Below, piece after piece: positions 24,952 through 42,496 of a stretch of DNA of 64,000 nt. The notes beneath the pieces are model-generated. The model did no database searches, was not told the origin of the DNA, and saw nothing but the letters and a program-made list of their open reading frames with translations. This DNA is from Auanema rhodensis (Eukaryota; Animalia; Nematoda). The stretch lies in the NCBI GenBank assembly GCA_964057225.1, contig OZ059897.1, positions 16,988,001 to 17,052,000 on the forward strand, in the 5' to 3' direction. A program made the position numbers and the translations under genes. Numbering within the stretch: position 1 is the stretch's first letter; each line of letters begins with the position of its first letter.

Positions 24952-27900
24952 CTGAAAATCAATAAATAATGCAATATGAATACAGCGAAGTATATTAATT
25001 TCAGAAAACAAGAGATGAGTTTGAACGAACATCACCGAAAAGAAAAAAAAAACATTTTTTTGACCAGAAAATGTTGACGATATCAGCGGAAGAATGATTT
25101 TGTTGGAACAGATGTCATTCGTCAACTAGGCTGATTGGACCGATTGTATTGAAAGTGATTTTAATACTTCTTGTCATATTCAGATGAAAATCTCATGAAA
25201 GGTTTTCAATGTTGAAAGATTGTAAGTACATTATAATTCATATCCATGTTTAAGTGATAATCGGAAACACAAAAAAATATATGTAAAAACAAAAAAAAAA
25301 GATTTAAAATATCATAAACCTAATCTGAGTTAATATCTGTACTTCTCTTTTTCATATACGTACATATGTATATATATCAAATAATTTTATCATTTAAATA
25401 GAACAAAAAGTTTTTTTTTTTTAAATAGATAATACATGCAGTATTGTAGTATTGGAAGTAATGTAATCAACAAAACATCGATAACTAAATAAAATTGAAA
25501 ATATTTAGATTCTTTGGTAAGTTCTAATTACATTTTGAACTTTTTGAATGCTGATGATACAGAATTAATATCAAAAAACATTTTATCATATTATATGTAT
25601 TGTTGGAACTTTATAGCCTGGTTCGAGTAAGGCTTAGAAAAATAATATTATTCTAAATAAGACATTATACAATTTCTCTAATCTACATCATCATAACTAT
25701 AAAAAAAGAACATTTTTCTGGAACACGATGTTCCGCTTAACCAGACAGTAGCTAGCTATTATAACAATATTATGGTTAGGAAAGACAGCGACTTTTGATT
25801 GTTGATTTATTAATGTTGTTGATATTATCTGATTGAACAACAAGCTATGAAAGTTTTGAAAAGAAAGGAAAAAAGACAGATATTTTTGATATGCTTAATA
25901 TTCATGCTTAGCATTGACATTGATATTCAATTATGCTTATGATTCCATTTCTTTTTTAAAAATTTGAAGAAACCATATGTGAAACATTTCAATTAAGGTT
26001 TTATAAAAGACTGAGAAATCATAATTATTCTAATTATAATACATTAATAATTTTTTTATTACTTTATATTCAATTTCGATGTAATTATGAATCAAGAAAA
26101 AATTTGATTTTAAGAAAAAAATAGAGGATATATGACTTTACCAATCTTAGTATAGCACAACGTTGTGAATTCTAATCTTTTTTTTGGTTTATTATTGAAG
26201 TTTTATTTTAATTTCTTCAGGTGAAACAGGAAAAAACAGGATTGAAAGTTATTTCTTATTGTAACATAGAGATGTGTGTGTCTACACAATGTCCTAGTTT
26301 TTGATCTTAAAAAGAAAAAAAAAGACTCTAAATGAATTTTGAATGCAAAGAAGTTGATACCAGAAAAAGAAGGAATGACAATAATGATGAGCAAGAAAAT
26401 ATAGTGAAGCTGGAAAAATGGTGTGAAATTAGAAATAAAACGTTTTGGATAGGTTAGTAAATAAATAAACATACAATAATAATTGTGATTGCTTTGTGTA
26501 GAACAAAAACGTGAACATGCAAATAAGAAAAATGTGTTCTTGAATGAGAAATACAGAATAAATGAACATCTGAAGTAACAATTGTTTGAAAATATGTATG
26601 TGCAGGCTTCACTGTTATGATTCAGAAAGTAAGTGATCGAGATTACTTATAGAAGGAGCAGAGATAGATAGAAATAACATGAACAATTATTAGTTTATTA
26701 TTACTTCTTTGATCTCTCAACTGACTCCAAAAACGAGTTATATCATAAGCACTAACTTTTATGTATAGATAAAGAACAATATAAACATATAGTTTAAGGT
26801 AACTATAGTTAATAGAAATGTGCATATATATATAATACATGTATATGTACAGTCCTCGTGTATAAAAAAAACAGGACACTATATGAATTATCAGAATTTC
26901 AGTCTAAAACTATAAAATGAAAATCAAATAAAAACACTGAAGTTTAGATAAGAGTTTCTAATATTAATGAAGCTGTATTCAAACATGGAAACATTATATT
27001 TTAACATTATCAGTTTTAAAAAATGATAAATCATTATGTTAGTTTAAAAATGGTTCGAGATAGTTAATACAACTGCCATATGAGAAAAACGATTGTGCTC
27101 ACGACGTGACGTGAGCATTTAAATTATTTTATTAAACTTTGAAATTTATTTTATAGCAAGTTCAATATTGTACAATTTCATCATAGCTACCATTTTAAGA
27201 TTGATGATTTTATATAGACATCCTATTCTGGCCAATTCCGCGAGTTTAACAAAAATATATAATATAGACCTCAGAATGTCCTTTTTTTTACTTTCAGAAA
27301 AAAAATTGTTTCCAATCAACGATATTATTAAGAGAAGAAAAGAAATGAGAGTTGAATTTCAAGAAGATAAAAATTTGTTTAATGCGTTTTTATTCTTTAA
27401 ATAGTTAAAACAGTACCGGCCAGTTGGAGGAGGAGCTTTTGGAGAGCATAATCTGCTCTATCACATGAACATTCTATCTCTCAATCTGTTCTTGCTTTTT
27501 ATAAAAGTGAAAACCGGATTAGGTCAGTAAAACTTGTAAATAAGCGTCTGATCGTCTGTCTGCTTTTCTAATAAGTCTTTCTAACTGTTATAGTGTTTTA
27601 GTGTTGTCATCATCACCTGATGACCGCATTGTAATCGCTTACGTCCTAGTCGTGAGTACGGCTATATCTGCGTGGGGAATTGATAGGCAGTTTATGAGAG
27701 GGAGCATATTAAATAAGATTTTCAGTAGAGAATCGAAGAGAAAAAGAGAGAAATGTATCAAGAAGAGAAAGTAGTTAGTGGGATTAGGCTTTCGATTACA
27801 TAACCGGTTAAGCTAGATTTTCTTTTGGACTAACAACACTATCAATTGCCGCAGGGCACGAGAATTTGCATGATACGTGGTAAGCCTACCGGTATCTGGT

Positions 27901-29423
27901 ATGCACTAATCCGGTATCTCAAACGAGGATTACGATATATGCTGCGACGGCTTCATTGACAGACCATAAAACGTATCCGAGACTTTAGATACGAAATTAT
28001 TTTGAGATTTATTAATGTAACTACAAATACTGACACACTAACTGAAATTGAGGATGATTTGCAGACAAAACATGTATCTTCTAACTATTATACAAAAAAA
28101 CTATTTACCTAGTTAGTTTATTATTTCTAATGCTACCAACATATTTGTTGGCATATCAGAAACCAAACTTTTAGAACATAAAACGTGATAGAAATGCTAA
28201 TAAATGCATAGGTAGGTATCATAGATATCACTCTTCTTTAGCGGAAATTTTCAGAAATAGAACACGAAAATTTTTGGAACTATGAAAAATTTAAGTGATG
28301 CTTCTCAGATAGAAGCAATAACAAAATATACAAAATTATACCGAAAACACAAATTTTAGAGGCAGGTATTCATATTTAAAGTAACCTCTATAACAAAAGA
28401 CAAAGATTGTTTTATAACCTACAACAATCTATTATATCAACATTGGTATTTTTCCTTATTGTTCTTTACGTTATATCGTCTTTGCTCACGAAGGTCTCAA
28501 AAAAATATTTTCTCACCTATTATGTTTCAAAAAACTAGATTAACTCTTAACTGTAGAAAGCTGGGCAAGTGATTTCAAAAAAAACTATAAGATGAGTCTC
28601 GCCCGACCTTCTCCAATGCTATAGACATCAAATTTTAATTTTGATTACAATGTTTGAGAATTGTTTGACAAGCCTTACAAACACCAAAGGTAAAGAGAAA
28701 CTTGTGACCCATTAATAAGGAATAAAATTGCTTGGCATTACTAATAATAAAACAATTTCTAAATTGGAACAACTTTGCATAAAAATTATTTGAAAAGTCA
28801 AGACTTTACAAATAATATTATTTCATTTTTAAAAACTTTTTTTGGATAAGCGGCTGTGCAATTGATTGAGAAATATGTTAATGAAGATTGTATTAATCAG
28901 CCATAATTGAATTATATATAACCTAGATGTTTTGTTTTGTTTTAAATCTATTCTTGAAGACTGCAGTGCTGATGAATCAAGAAGGAGAGCCCACAGTGAA
29001 AGATATTTATCGACGTCTCGAACTATCTAGTTTTTCTTCAAAAAGTCTTGTTTATTCCGATGCAGGACAGCCTTATTCATAGCATGACGCTGAGCAGTTA
29101 TAAAAAATTTAAATAAGTAATTTATTTAACTGTGACTTTTTTTAAAAATTACAGAAAGCCTTTTTTTCTTTCTTTTTTCTAAACTTTTTAAAAGTTTAAA
29201 TCATAGTTTTTATTCATTTTTTATTTTGTTATGATAAATTAATATGAATATACAAGTTTCTTAATTAATGTACTACTCATTCATGTATTTATGATCGAGG
29301 CGCCGATAAATGTCTCAAATTACGAATTCCCCTGCCTGCTGTTTACAGCAATAATTTCAATTCTGCTGAATAGTCTGCTTAGAAGCAATTTTTTTTTCTA
29401 GACGGTATTTATTTATCTGTTAT

Positions 29424-32169
<2,746 letters not shown>

Positions 32170-32343
32170 TTGTTTTGTTGTTTTGTTGTTTCTTTGTTTT
32201 ACTTGTTATAATTGTTGTTGTAACGGTTTTCGAAAATTGTTAAATTAAATAGTTTTATACAGCATTTATATTTACATACAATTATTATAGGATTCTATCG
32301 TGCCAAATTGACTGCGGATAATCATCCTCCAGAATTCCTTCAC

Positions 32344-33555
<1,212 letters not shown>

Positions 33556-36132
33556 CAGAAACTCATTATTTATTTGGAGGCGATCGCTTCTCACAAGTTA
33601 AACCACGCCTACTTTTCCGCGCACCCTGTGCAGTCTTGTTGAAAAAGTACTTGCCAATTTATACACTATAACTGTATACCTGAACAAAAATACTGAATGC
33701 TTAAAATATATAATTTTTAAAAAATGAGTAGATTGCCAAATAGCAACAGGAAAGCTTAACTTGATGCTTTAATTTGAACACAGAAAAAAGACAATGATTG
33801 ATGAAATACTTTGAATAAGTTTTATTTTTATTTGCGATAAATTTATTGAGCTTAACAATTTCAAGAAAAAAACGTTAATGTTTTTCTGAAGTTCAACATA
33901 TTAAGAAAATATATTTAATCGCCAGGGCAGGAATTTTAATGGTTTTTTGAATTTTCTTTTGTATGGAAAGTAATTAAGCTTTTGAATAACAATTCTATAA
34001 ATTTTGGTGCCGCTTAGTTCAATTTTTTTATCAATAGTTAAATATTGATCATATGCACAACAGACTATATCCCTAACCATGCTATCGACCTTATGAATTA
34101 AGTTAGATTAAAGAGAAAATTACATCATTTATTTTCATAACTTGAAATGTTTATATTACATTTTCCCACTTAATGACAGATATTGTGAATAGTTATGGCA
34201 CAACATGCATTTTGCGAAGATCATAATTATTTTAAACAATAAATGAGATGAAATTAAAAACAATACTTGAATCTCCAGTTGTACGACTGAAAATTGGTGC
34301 AAAATGTTGTTGAATCCTGCATTCTCTTTACGAAAAAGTATGGGAGGAGCTTAATTCAAAATTTAAGCTATTATTTTACTATTTTATCACCTTCCTTGAT
34401 TTTATTTAGAATTTATTTTGGAAGTTTAGCTATTTACTTCTAACAACTTTATATAATAACTTTTATTAGTGATTCACAATGATGATCTTAATTATTATGT
34501 TTATGTCGCTTAATTCGTAGTGGAAAAGAAAGTTGGCAAAATATTGAAAGGGTTCCTATCTCTGGCTTCCTAGAACAATAACATATTAAGATAGCTTTAA
34601 CAAATATAGGACATTATGATTTAAAATTATTAAACGGGTAAGATTTTTTTTGTTGGGGCGTGAACGTTTTCGAGGACACTGAGAAAAAACTGCCAACCTG
34701 ATTTTTCACATGGTCAGTTATATTCGTTTGTGTTTCATTTTATTACCAGTCACAATGTTTGTCGCATTCTCTTACTTTCCTACATGCTTTCAAATAGAGT
34801 TAAATATCTCATTGTATTGTATTTATTTATATCATTCGAAATAATATTATAATTGTTTTTTTTTCTTGTTAAACTTTTAGTGATATACATATTTGCTTTT
34901 ATGGAATAATTTCTACATAACTATTGCTTTTCAGTGGGAGCCAAATTTGATACTATATTGAATTCGATTGTATAGTTTGTTAAGTTTGCTTATATTTATG
35001 TATTGAGTTACAAATCAATTCAAACTCTTGCTAATTCAATTTTATTCTTTGCTTTTTGAGATAAATAACACCTGATCACCATCTGATATTTTAACTCTTA
35101 AACTTTAAACCAAAAAGTTTGATGATTATTTAAAATCAGACCTCTGTTTCATGTCAAATCTCTTAAATACCTGTTTTTCTTTTCGATGTGATCATAGTAC
35201 GAAGTTTTGTTTTCGGTAACAGTCAATAGGGAAAAACTACTTATATTTACTCTATTTCACGTTATTTAACTACGATCGAACTGTTCATTTTCAATTTCAG
35301 TTTAAGTTTTAAAGGTAATATTTTCGTCTTTTGTTTTTATTTGGCATCTACTATGAATTTGTTCATTGTCTGCGATTTTCTCTATTCTTGGCTTTATCTG
35401 ATCTGTAATTGATGTTTAAGTCGATGTTTCTCCCCTCTTAACAACTCTGGAGCTATCAGTCAACGATAAGTGTCGTGTCCTGTTTTTGTTCTGATCAATC
35501 ATGGGGCTAACAGATTGCAAGTTGATTTTCTTCATACAGGCTTTATAAGATTGGACAGGCTTTAATATAATGTTTCACTTTATTCTTGAAATTCTCTTAT
35601 CTCTTTTTTCAAAGATTAAAATTGTAAGACCGTTCTATATCTCTATTTTAAAAAGTCTCCCTATGAAAACTTCCGTTGCTACGCTCTTGTTTTTGATAAG
35701 TTCTAACGAGTAGGTTGTTGACTTTCTAAGCTTAGCTTGGTCACGCAGTTTGTTGTCTACGTTCAAAAGCATTTTATGAAATGACCTGTTTGTCAAAAAT
35801 TCGATATTTTATTGATGATTGTGGGAACTCCTGCTGTGATTTCCTGATAACTAGTCCAGTCTGTCATCAAACTTATTTGAAATCTCGTTATATGAGAAGC
35901 TCTCATATATTTTCTTTTTTAAATGATACTAAATAAAACAGTTGCAAGTTGTTAAAGCCATTTGTCATGTTTTTGAAATGTGTAAAAAACTGTAAGAAAC
36001 TATGAATCTATTGTTTTTAACTTTGTTTATTCTTTACTGTATATTCTTCGAATTTAACCTCCTAAGTTAAATTTTTGTTATATTTCAAATTATATATCTA
36101 TTTAGTATGTAAAAGAAAGTTAACAAGCTAAT

Positions 36133-37642
36133 ATGATGATGATCAATTGCATGTTCCCTTTCCTTCTCGTTTTTAACTTTGTAACGCCAGTTCTCACTGT
36201 AGATGATCTGGTTGTTTCTCCTTCTTCAATAGAATTATCCCTTGGAGAATCTGCTAATATTACTTTTGGAGTCAGGTAACATTATGGTGTTTGAATAGTA
36301 AATATCAAGCCTTACAGTGTCCACTACGATCAAGATATAATTTTGACTTTTAACAAGTCATTCGGCGTTGCACATGCTGATTCAACCATCCTGAATGGTA
36401 CTACAGGATTTGGGTTTTTAACTATAACTGGCAAAGAATTGACATCACGATCATTTGTTGATATAATAAGTTGTACGTTTGTAGATCAAAACGACACAAA
36501 ATGCCCTTTTGAGTATGTTTTATTTTCACAGGTATCCTATTCTTTTCAACCTTTTAGCTTAGCAAATACTTTCACTCGCGTATCTGTGTATAAATCACAA
36601 TTAATTGATTGGTTAGTACATATTGTTGGCTGGCTATACTTTTTGGCTTGGAGTATATCCTTTTATCCTCAAATTTATTTAAATTTTAGAAGAAAAAGGT
36701 ATTATTCATATTTGCTTCTAAACATATCCCTATTTTATAGTGTTATCGGGTTGAATTTCGATTTTCTACTTCTGAATGTCGTCGGTTTCACAGCGTATTC
36801 TTGCTATAATATATTTATTTATTTTGATAGTGTGGTTCAGGTATCTTTAAAGTGAGATTAACTCTTAAATATGATATAACTTACAGGAAGAGTATGAAGC
36901 AGCTCATCCAAGAAGTCCAATCCCAGTACTGTTGAACGATGTAGTTTTTGCTGTTCATGCCACTTTTGCTTGTATAGTAACGATTATTCAATGTTTCTTC
37001 TATGAGGTAAAAATAAATTAAAATTTAATAATTAACCTGATTTATAGAGAGCTAATCAGCGGGTTTCACGGGCTGCTTTATTCATCTCTATTGGTCTTGT
37101 ATCACTTGGTGCCTCTATGGCTACTTTAGCCGCTACTCAAATCATCACAATACTGGTGTTTGTGAATTCTTTGTCATATTTGAAAATGACAGTTACTTTG
37201 TTAAAGTATTTCCCTCAAGTAAATCCTTATTCGAGCATAGTAACTAACATTTTCCATATAGGCGTACTTCAACATTCAACGTAAAAGTACTGTGGGGTGG
37301 TCGATTGGTAACGTTCTTCTGGATTTCACTGGAGGAATGTTGGATATTCTTCAAATGATTCTGCAGGTTTGTGCATCAGTGTCACTGGTTTTGGGAAAGC
37401 TTTAGTTTTAGGCTTCAAATGTCAATGACTGGTCAGCTTTCTATGGAAATCCAGTAAAATTCGGTCTTGGACTAGTATCAATAATTTTTGATATGGTTTT
37501 CATATTCCAACATTACGTCTTGTACAAATCTGGAGATGTTCCTCATGATGATTATGCGGGTATCGATAATCCTCAACCACATACTCCTCCTCCTCATTAT
37601 GGTAGTAATGAGGATGATCACACTGCGATTGTCGAAGAGTAA
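36133..37642 (+). CDS. ctns-1: Cystinosin, lysosomal PQ-loop cystine transporter
   Basis: Signal peptide and glycosylated luminal domain; [15 protein letters not shown]; GLNFDF; KYFPQ; [19 protein letters not shown]; GNPVKFGLG. Confidence 0.96.
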
Positions 37643-37690
37643 AGAATTTTATTTTTGTATCTTACAATTTAATAAATGTTTAATTTTATA

Positions 37691-39497
37691 TTATAATTCA
37701 ACTGAAACTTTGTTTGATTTTTCTAAAACAGCTTCTTCAAAGTGATCAAGACATTCATCCAAAGTCATTGAATCCTGAATAAGAGCAAATGCAAACATTG
37801 AGGGAATTATAAAGTTTTTATACTACCTCGAATGACTTAGAACACGCTAGTGCTGGAATTTGTCTGATAGCTCTTCCACTGAGTCCCAGAGCTTTCTCTG
37901 ATATTTTCCACATGCGTTTAGATCTCGCATCAACGAATGAATCGGCATGATTACAGAGAGAGAATTCCGATTCAACAATACCGATCTAAAAGAACAGTGT
38001 TTCACAATTTAAAATAATATAAACCCTTTGAAGTTCAGCAACACAATCAGATAAAATAGAATATAGAGCTCTTTGACTAGGTCTACCAACGTGGCGCACC
38101 ATATCGGCTCTATCCAACAGAGCTCTATCCAAACAATTTTCTAGATTGGAAGTGCATAGTACAAGAACATTTTCACGCCTATGAGAATTTTTAAATTAAG
38201 AATTACGATGCAATTGAACCTTCTAATACGATCAATTTGCGTCAATAGCGCATTAACCGCTCTGATAGAATCAGCAGGATCACCTCGTGATGATGACGAT
38301 TCTCTTGACATTCCCAGTGACTCCACCTAAAAATACTCAAAAATGCTCAATATTTCTCAACATATGATAATACCTCATCAATTAATACAAAAACCATACA
38401 CTTTTTATCTTCAGCAAGTTCGTCAATTTGATCAAACATTTTTAAAACAAGCTTCCCGCTCTTAAAAATGCTAAGATTAATATAAGTTGGAGAATATGAA
38501 GAATAAACCTCAGAAAACCATTTTGAAAATAAACTATGGCTATTAATTTCAATCATAACAGCTCTAGGAAACCGGTCATTTAAACGAACAGATAAATGTT
38601 GTGTTAAGCCTCGGCACAGTGATGTTTTTCCAGTTCCAGGGGGACCTTTAATAGGCATGTATCATATACAAATTCACAATCACAAACCTAATAATAAAAT
38701 TAATCTATTAACGTTTATAACTTTCATATCAGCTCCCATCTCAGATAAATGAACAAGAGAGTAAACATATGACATAACCTAAACTTCTCATTTAAAAAAT
38801 TCAAACAATATAAAATCAAACCTCATTTTTTAAATTAGTGTCGTACACTAAGTTTTCCCATATATTTTCGAATTCTATACATGGGAGATTCCAAAGCTGT
38901 GATCCTACAGTAACATCGTCGGAATCATTTTCAACTAAATATCAAAGAGTGCAACAAATATTAAAAACAATATTCACGTGATAATTCTTGAGCCATGGAG
39001 CCATCTTCACAAGGACGATAAAAATGAACGTTTTTCGCGGTTAACTTGAAAGATTTCAACTTGTCCGCTAGATCAATTCCATCAGGATGAGAATAACAAC
39101 CCACAGAAACATTGTAGATTAACTCTAGAATAGAAAAATAATAAAAAGATAAAAAGTTTATTTGAATCTGTCGTACTTGTCAATTCTAGTGTAGTAACAG
39201 GGAATGATTTCCAATTCAAAACGCTTTCTCTGGTTTTTAAAAAGTTCTCCAATTGAGAAAGCTGCTCAAAAGCTGTGGAAAGAGCCCTAAAATATCAATC
39301 AGAATTGAACTATTTAAACAAACTTACACTCCTTTATGAATCCGGACAGAAACATGAGCACGCAAAGGTGTACTTTTCCGTTCCATGCATACTTCCGACC
39401 CGCTTCCGAACCTTCTTTTCTTAAGTTCTGGGCTCTTTTCTGTACTCTGATTAGTTATACAAGGCGCAGTATTTTCATCAAAATCACCTTCTGTCAT
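37691..39497 (-). CDS. pch-2: Pachytene checkpoint AAA+ ATPase PCH-2/TRIP13
   Basis: Walker A GPPGTGKT; [19 protein letters not shown]; Walker B VLIDEVESL; [14 protein letters not shown]; GLSGRAIR. Confidence 0.96.
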
Positions 39498-39590
39498 TTC
39501 TAAATAAGAATAATCAAAAATACTTTAGAATTTAAATATTCAACGACTAATTAAGGTATGTAGCTTTAGAGAATCTTTAAAAATTTTAAT

Positions 39591-39621
39591 TTTCCCGCAC
39601 AAGTGCAGTAGAGCGCATTTG
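39591..39621. promoter_or_regulatory. Putative germline/cell-cycle promoter elements of pch-2: E2F site TTTCCCGC and GTAGAGCGCATTTG motif
   Basis: A consensus E2F/DRM site lies about 95 bp upstream of the pch-2 ATG. It is followed by a GAGCGC-core motif of the kind enriched in nematode germline promoters. Confidence 0.55.
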
Positions 39622-42496
39622 TAGTAACAGTTGAACCAAGCTGTAGAGATCACTATCAGAACAGCCTATGGGGTGGGGTCCCCGAAACATTATTACAGTG
39701 AACATTATTTCCCTTTTTACAAGAACCTTCTACTTCTTTTTTCCATATTTGAATGAATTCTTGTTCAAAAATATTTATTTTTTATAAAATCGGTTCTCTT
39801 TTTATATAATTTTGCTCTAATATAATCTCTTTTTGAGCATCATGGCGTATTGAATTTTTTTTCAAATTATATACAATTTTTATTTTTTTTACTGTATTGT
39901 GCACACGGGAACAGTAAGAGTTGAACATAGATAACACGAACAAGTCTTTTTTACTGCCAGCTAGTTGGAGGCATTTTATTTTTTCCCTAACAGTATATAA
40001 GTATAGTTCTACATTATTAAAGTAGTTTTTCCTCATTTTTTGTCTTCAGTCTAACACTCTTCCTCGAAATTTCTTTAAAAAATTCTCAACATTCCTGATC
40101 TTCAGCAAGTTTGTTCAGTTTATACTGTCATAGTAATCAATCATGTACCTTCGTTGTATTATCAACTGTGTCCATCTTCTTTTATGGGCTGTAGTCATTA
40201 GTATTTAGTAGCTTCATTACATTTCATTATAGAATGGTCCTTAAAGGGAATCCATAAAAGATACGTAGAATATTAGCTTTGAATTTAGCTTGTTATCGAG
40301 CAAAACCTTCACATGAGAATGATTACAGAAGTTTAATACTTTTACTAAATTCTCGCCATATTTTTAATTGTAGGTTTATTTTTTTGATCTAGTTTGAATT
40401 AATAATCTACAGATGTGAAAAGTTGTGCATTAAATATTTCTTTGATCTAAATATTCTGAAATAATTCTACCGAATGAGGAAGTTGTTTTGGATAACTGGA
40501 AGCGATTTTTTTATAACAATATGATCAAAATAGTATTTCTTAGTTAGGAAGGTTGAGTATTACGACACAATTGTTGACTAATGATGAGAGTAAACCGCTA
40601 ATTTCACTCCTGGCTATCATCTCTTCAGATTCTTTAAAGTTATGTCTTCACCCATTCTCTAGAACAACTGTTCAGATCACTTGTCCTTTCATTTAGCTCC
40701 TACTAACAATGAAATTTCTATACGTTAATTTCTTCTTTTTTTTAAGAATTATACTTTTCTACCATAAAAACTTAAAATAGAAATTAATCCTATAGCTTTA
40801 CTATACTATTTTTTAGAAACTTTTGATGTAAAATTAAAAAAAAAAGATATAAAAAGATACAATGTGATGACATTTGAGGATTGATGATGAGAAGCGTGAA
40901 AGACAGAATTGTAAAATAGTGATCGAAAATTCAATCAGACGTAAAATTTGTTGTTTTTTCTGTTTTTATTTCTTCTGCTTGCTTCATTCTCAAGATGAAA
41001 CTTATTTTTAATTCGTATTGAAAGATGATTCATGAACTAATATTTTAGCTATGACTATTTTGGTGTTTTAAAAATCTTTCATTTTTTGAATGTAAAATGT
41101 TTTATGCATCATGGTTTAAGCAAAAAGGTTGGAAAATGATTCCTTTTCTTCACTTTTCGTTTAAAATTCCAAAGCAAACCTGACCAACTTCTTCTTGATT
41201 TATGAAAGAGATTCAAATAATTGTTGCATCAACTGTTCATTAGGCTTCTCGTTTTAATCCTACATGCTTTCTTTTTTTCTTTTCTTTCTCATAATCTTCG
41301 AAAACGAGAACATCAAAAGTACATTTTTTAGCAATAATCAACAATAATTCAAAAATTTTTATGAATTAGTAACACCTTAAATGTTTTTTCATTATAAAAA
41401 TTTCACATATTATCTTATCAGATGAACTAAAAAATTTAAAAACAACTATCTATATTTCATTAAAAAAGTTTTGATAAGCCTTTTAAGTATTAGTTACATT
41501 ATCATTACAAAGTATAATAAGAAGTTTAATTTATATTTCTTTCTGTGAACTTACATGTAAAAATAAAAATTATTAATCAACACAAACAATTATTTCTTGT
41601 ATAGTTTTTGATTATTACAATTGTATATGATGTTTTCGTCACTTTCTTGTTCTTGCTTTGTTCATGAACTATTTTCTATTTCAAATATGAAAAGAGTAAA
41701 ACAGAAACAATAACTGTTGCAACTAGAAAAATCAGATAAGTTCTGTAATGAAACTATATTTCTCTTTTTTTTTCTCTTCAAACCTCTCTTTCAAAATATG
41801 TCACTAGACAAGTTTTCTACCAACTTAAAAATATAATTTCCATTTTTTTACAGAACATTCTCATTTTCTCATCAGTTTTCTGGACAAAAATTAATAATTT
41901 AATTATTTTTTTTTCTACAATTTTTACTGTTTCTTTTAAAATTTATTTCTTCTTATAAAAATGAAGAATTAATTGAACTTATCAACGTTTTTTCGGGTGT
42001 TATCAGAAGGTGTACTACCGATTTAGCTACCAGTTCAATAAAAACCTTTTTCATTATTTCTACGAAATGCCTTTTTTATTTTATAAATAGCTTTTTATAT
42101 ATTTTTTTTTGTATATAATAGTAGAAATTTTATTTTTAAAAATAATATTGTAAAAGCATTGATATGGTTATATTTATGTATATAAATTGAACTCTTTTTT
42201 TAAGAATTTAATGTTTAAAACATATATTTTTGTCTGAAATAATCTTAATCTGCCATTCCTAAGACATGAATTGACACACAATATGATAAAATATATTTAA
42301 TCAGCTATTGTTAAGTGTTAAGTACCTTGAGAAGGTAAAACTTCTATGTCCAATATTACTCTTCACAGTCCTTTCAAAAGTATTATTTTTTCTTTTAGTT
42401 ATACGTGAAGAAATATTCTTTTCAATGTTTATATTGTTTAATTTCATATGAACTTAGGTTTTATCAGCTTGTATAAGATTAGGAAATGCACACTTT

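Noticed and set aside
27415-27450. GGGAFGE peptide resembling a kinase glycine loop
   Set aside because: No downstream kinase motifs in any frame I could splice.
28970-29097. TGATGA...CTGA with a short terminal stem, possible C/D snoRNA
   Set aside because: The C box is imperfect, there is no recognisable rRNA guide, and the segment can equally be read as coding.
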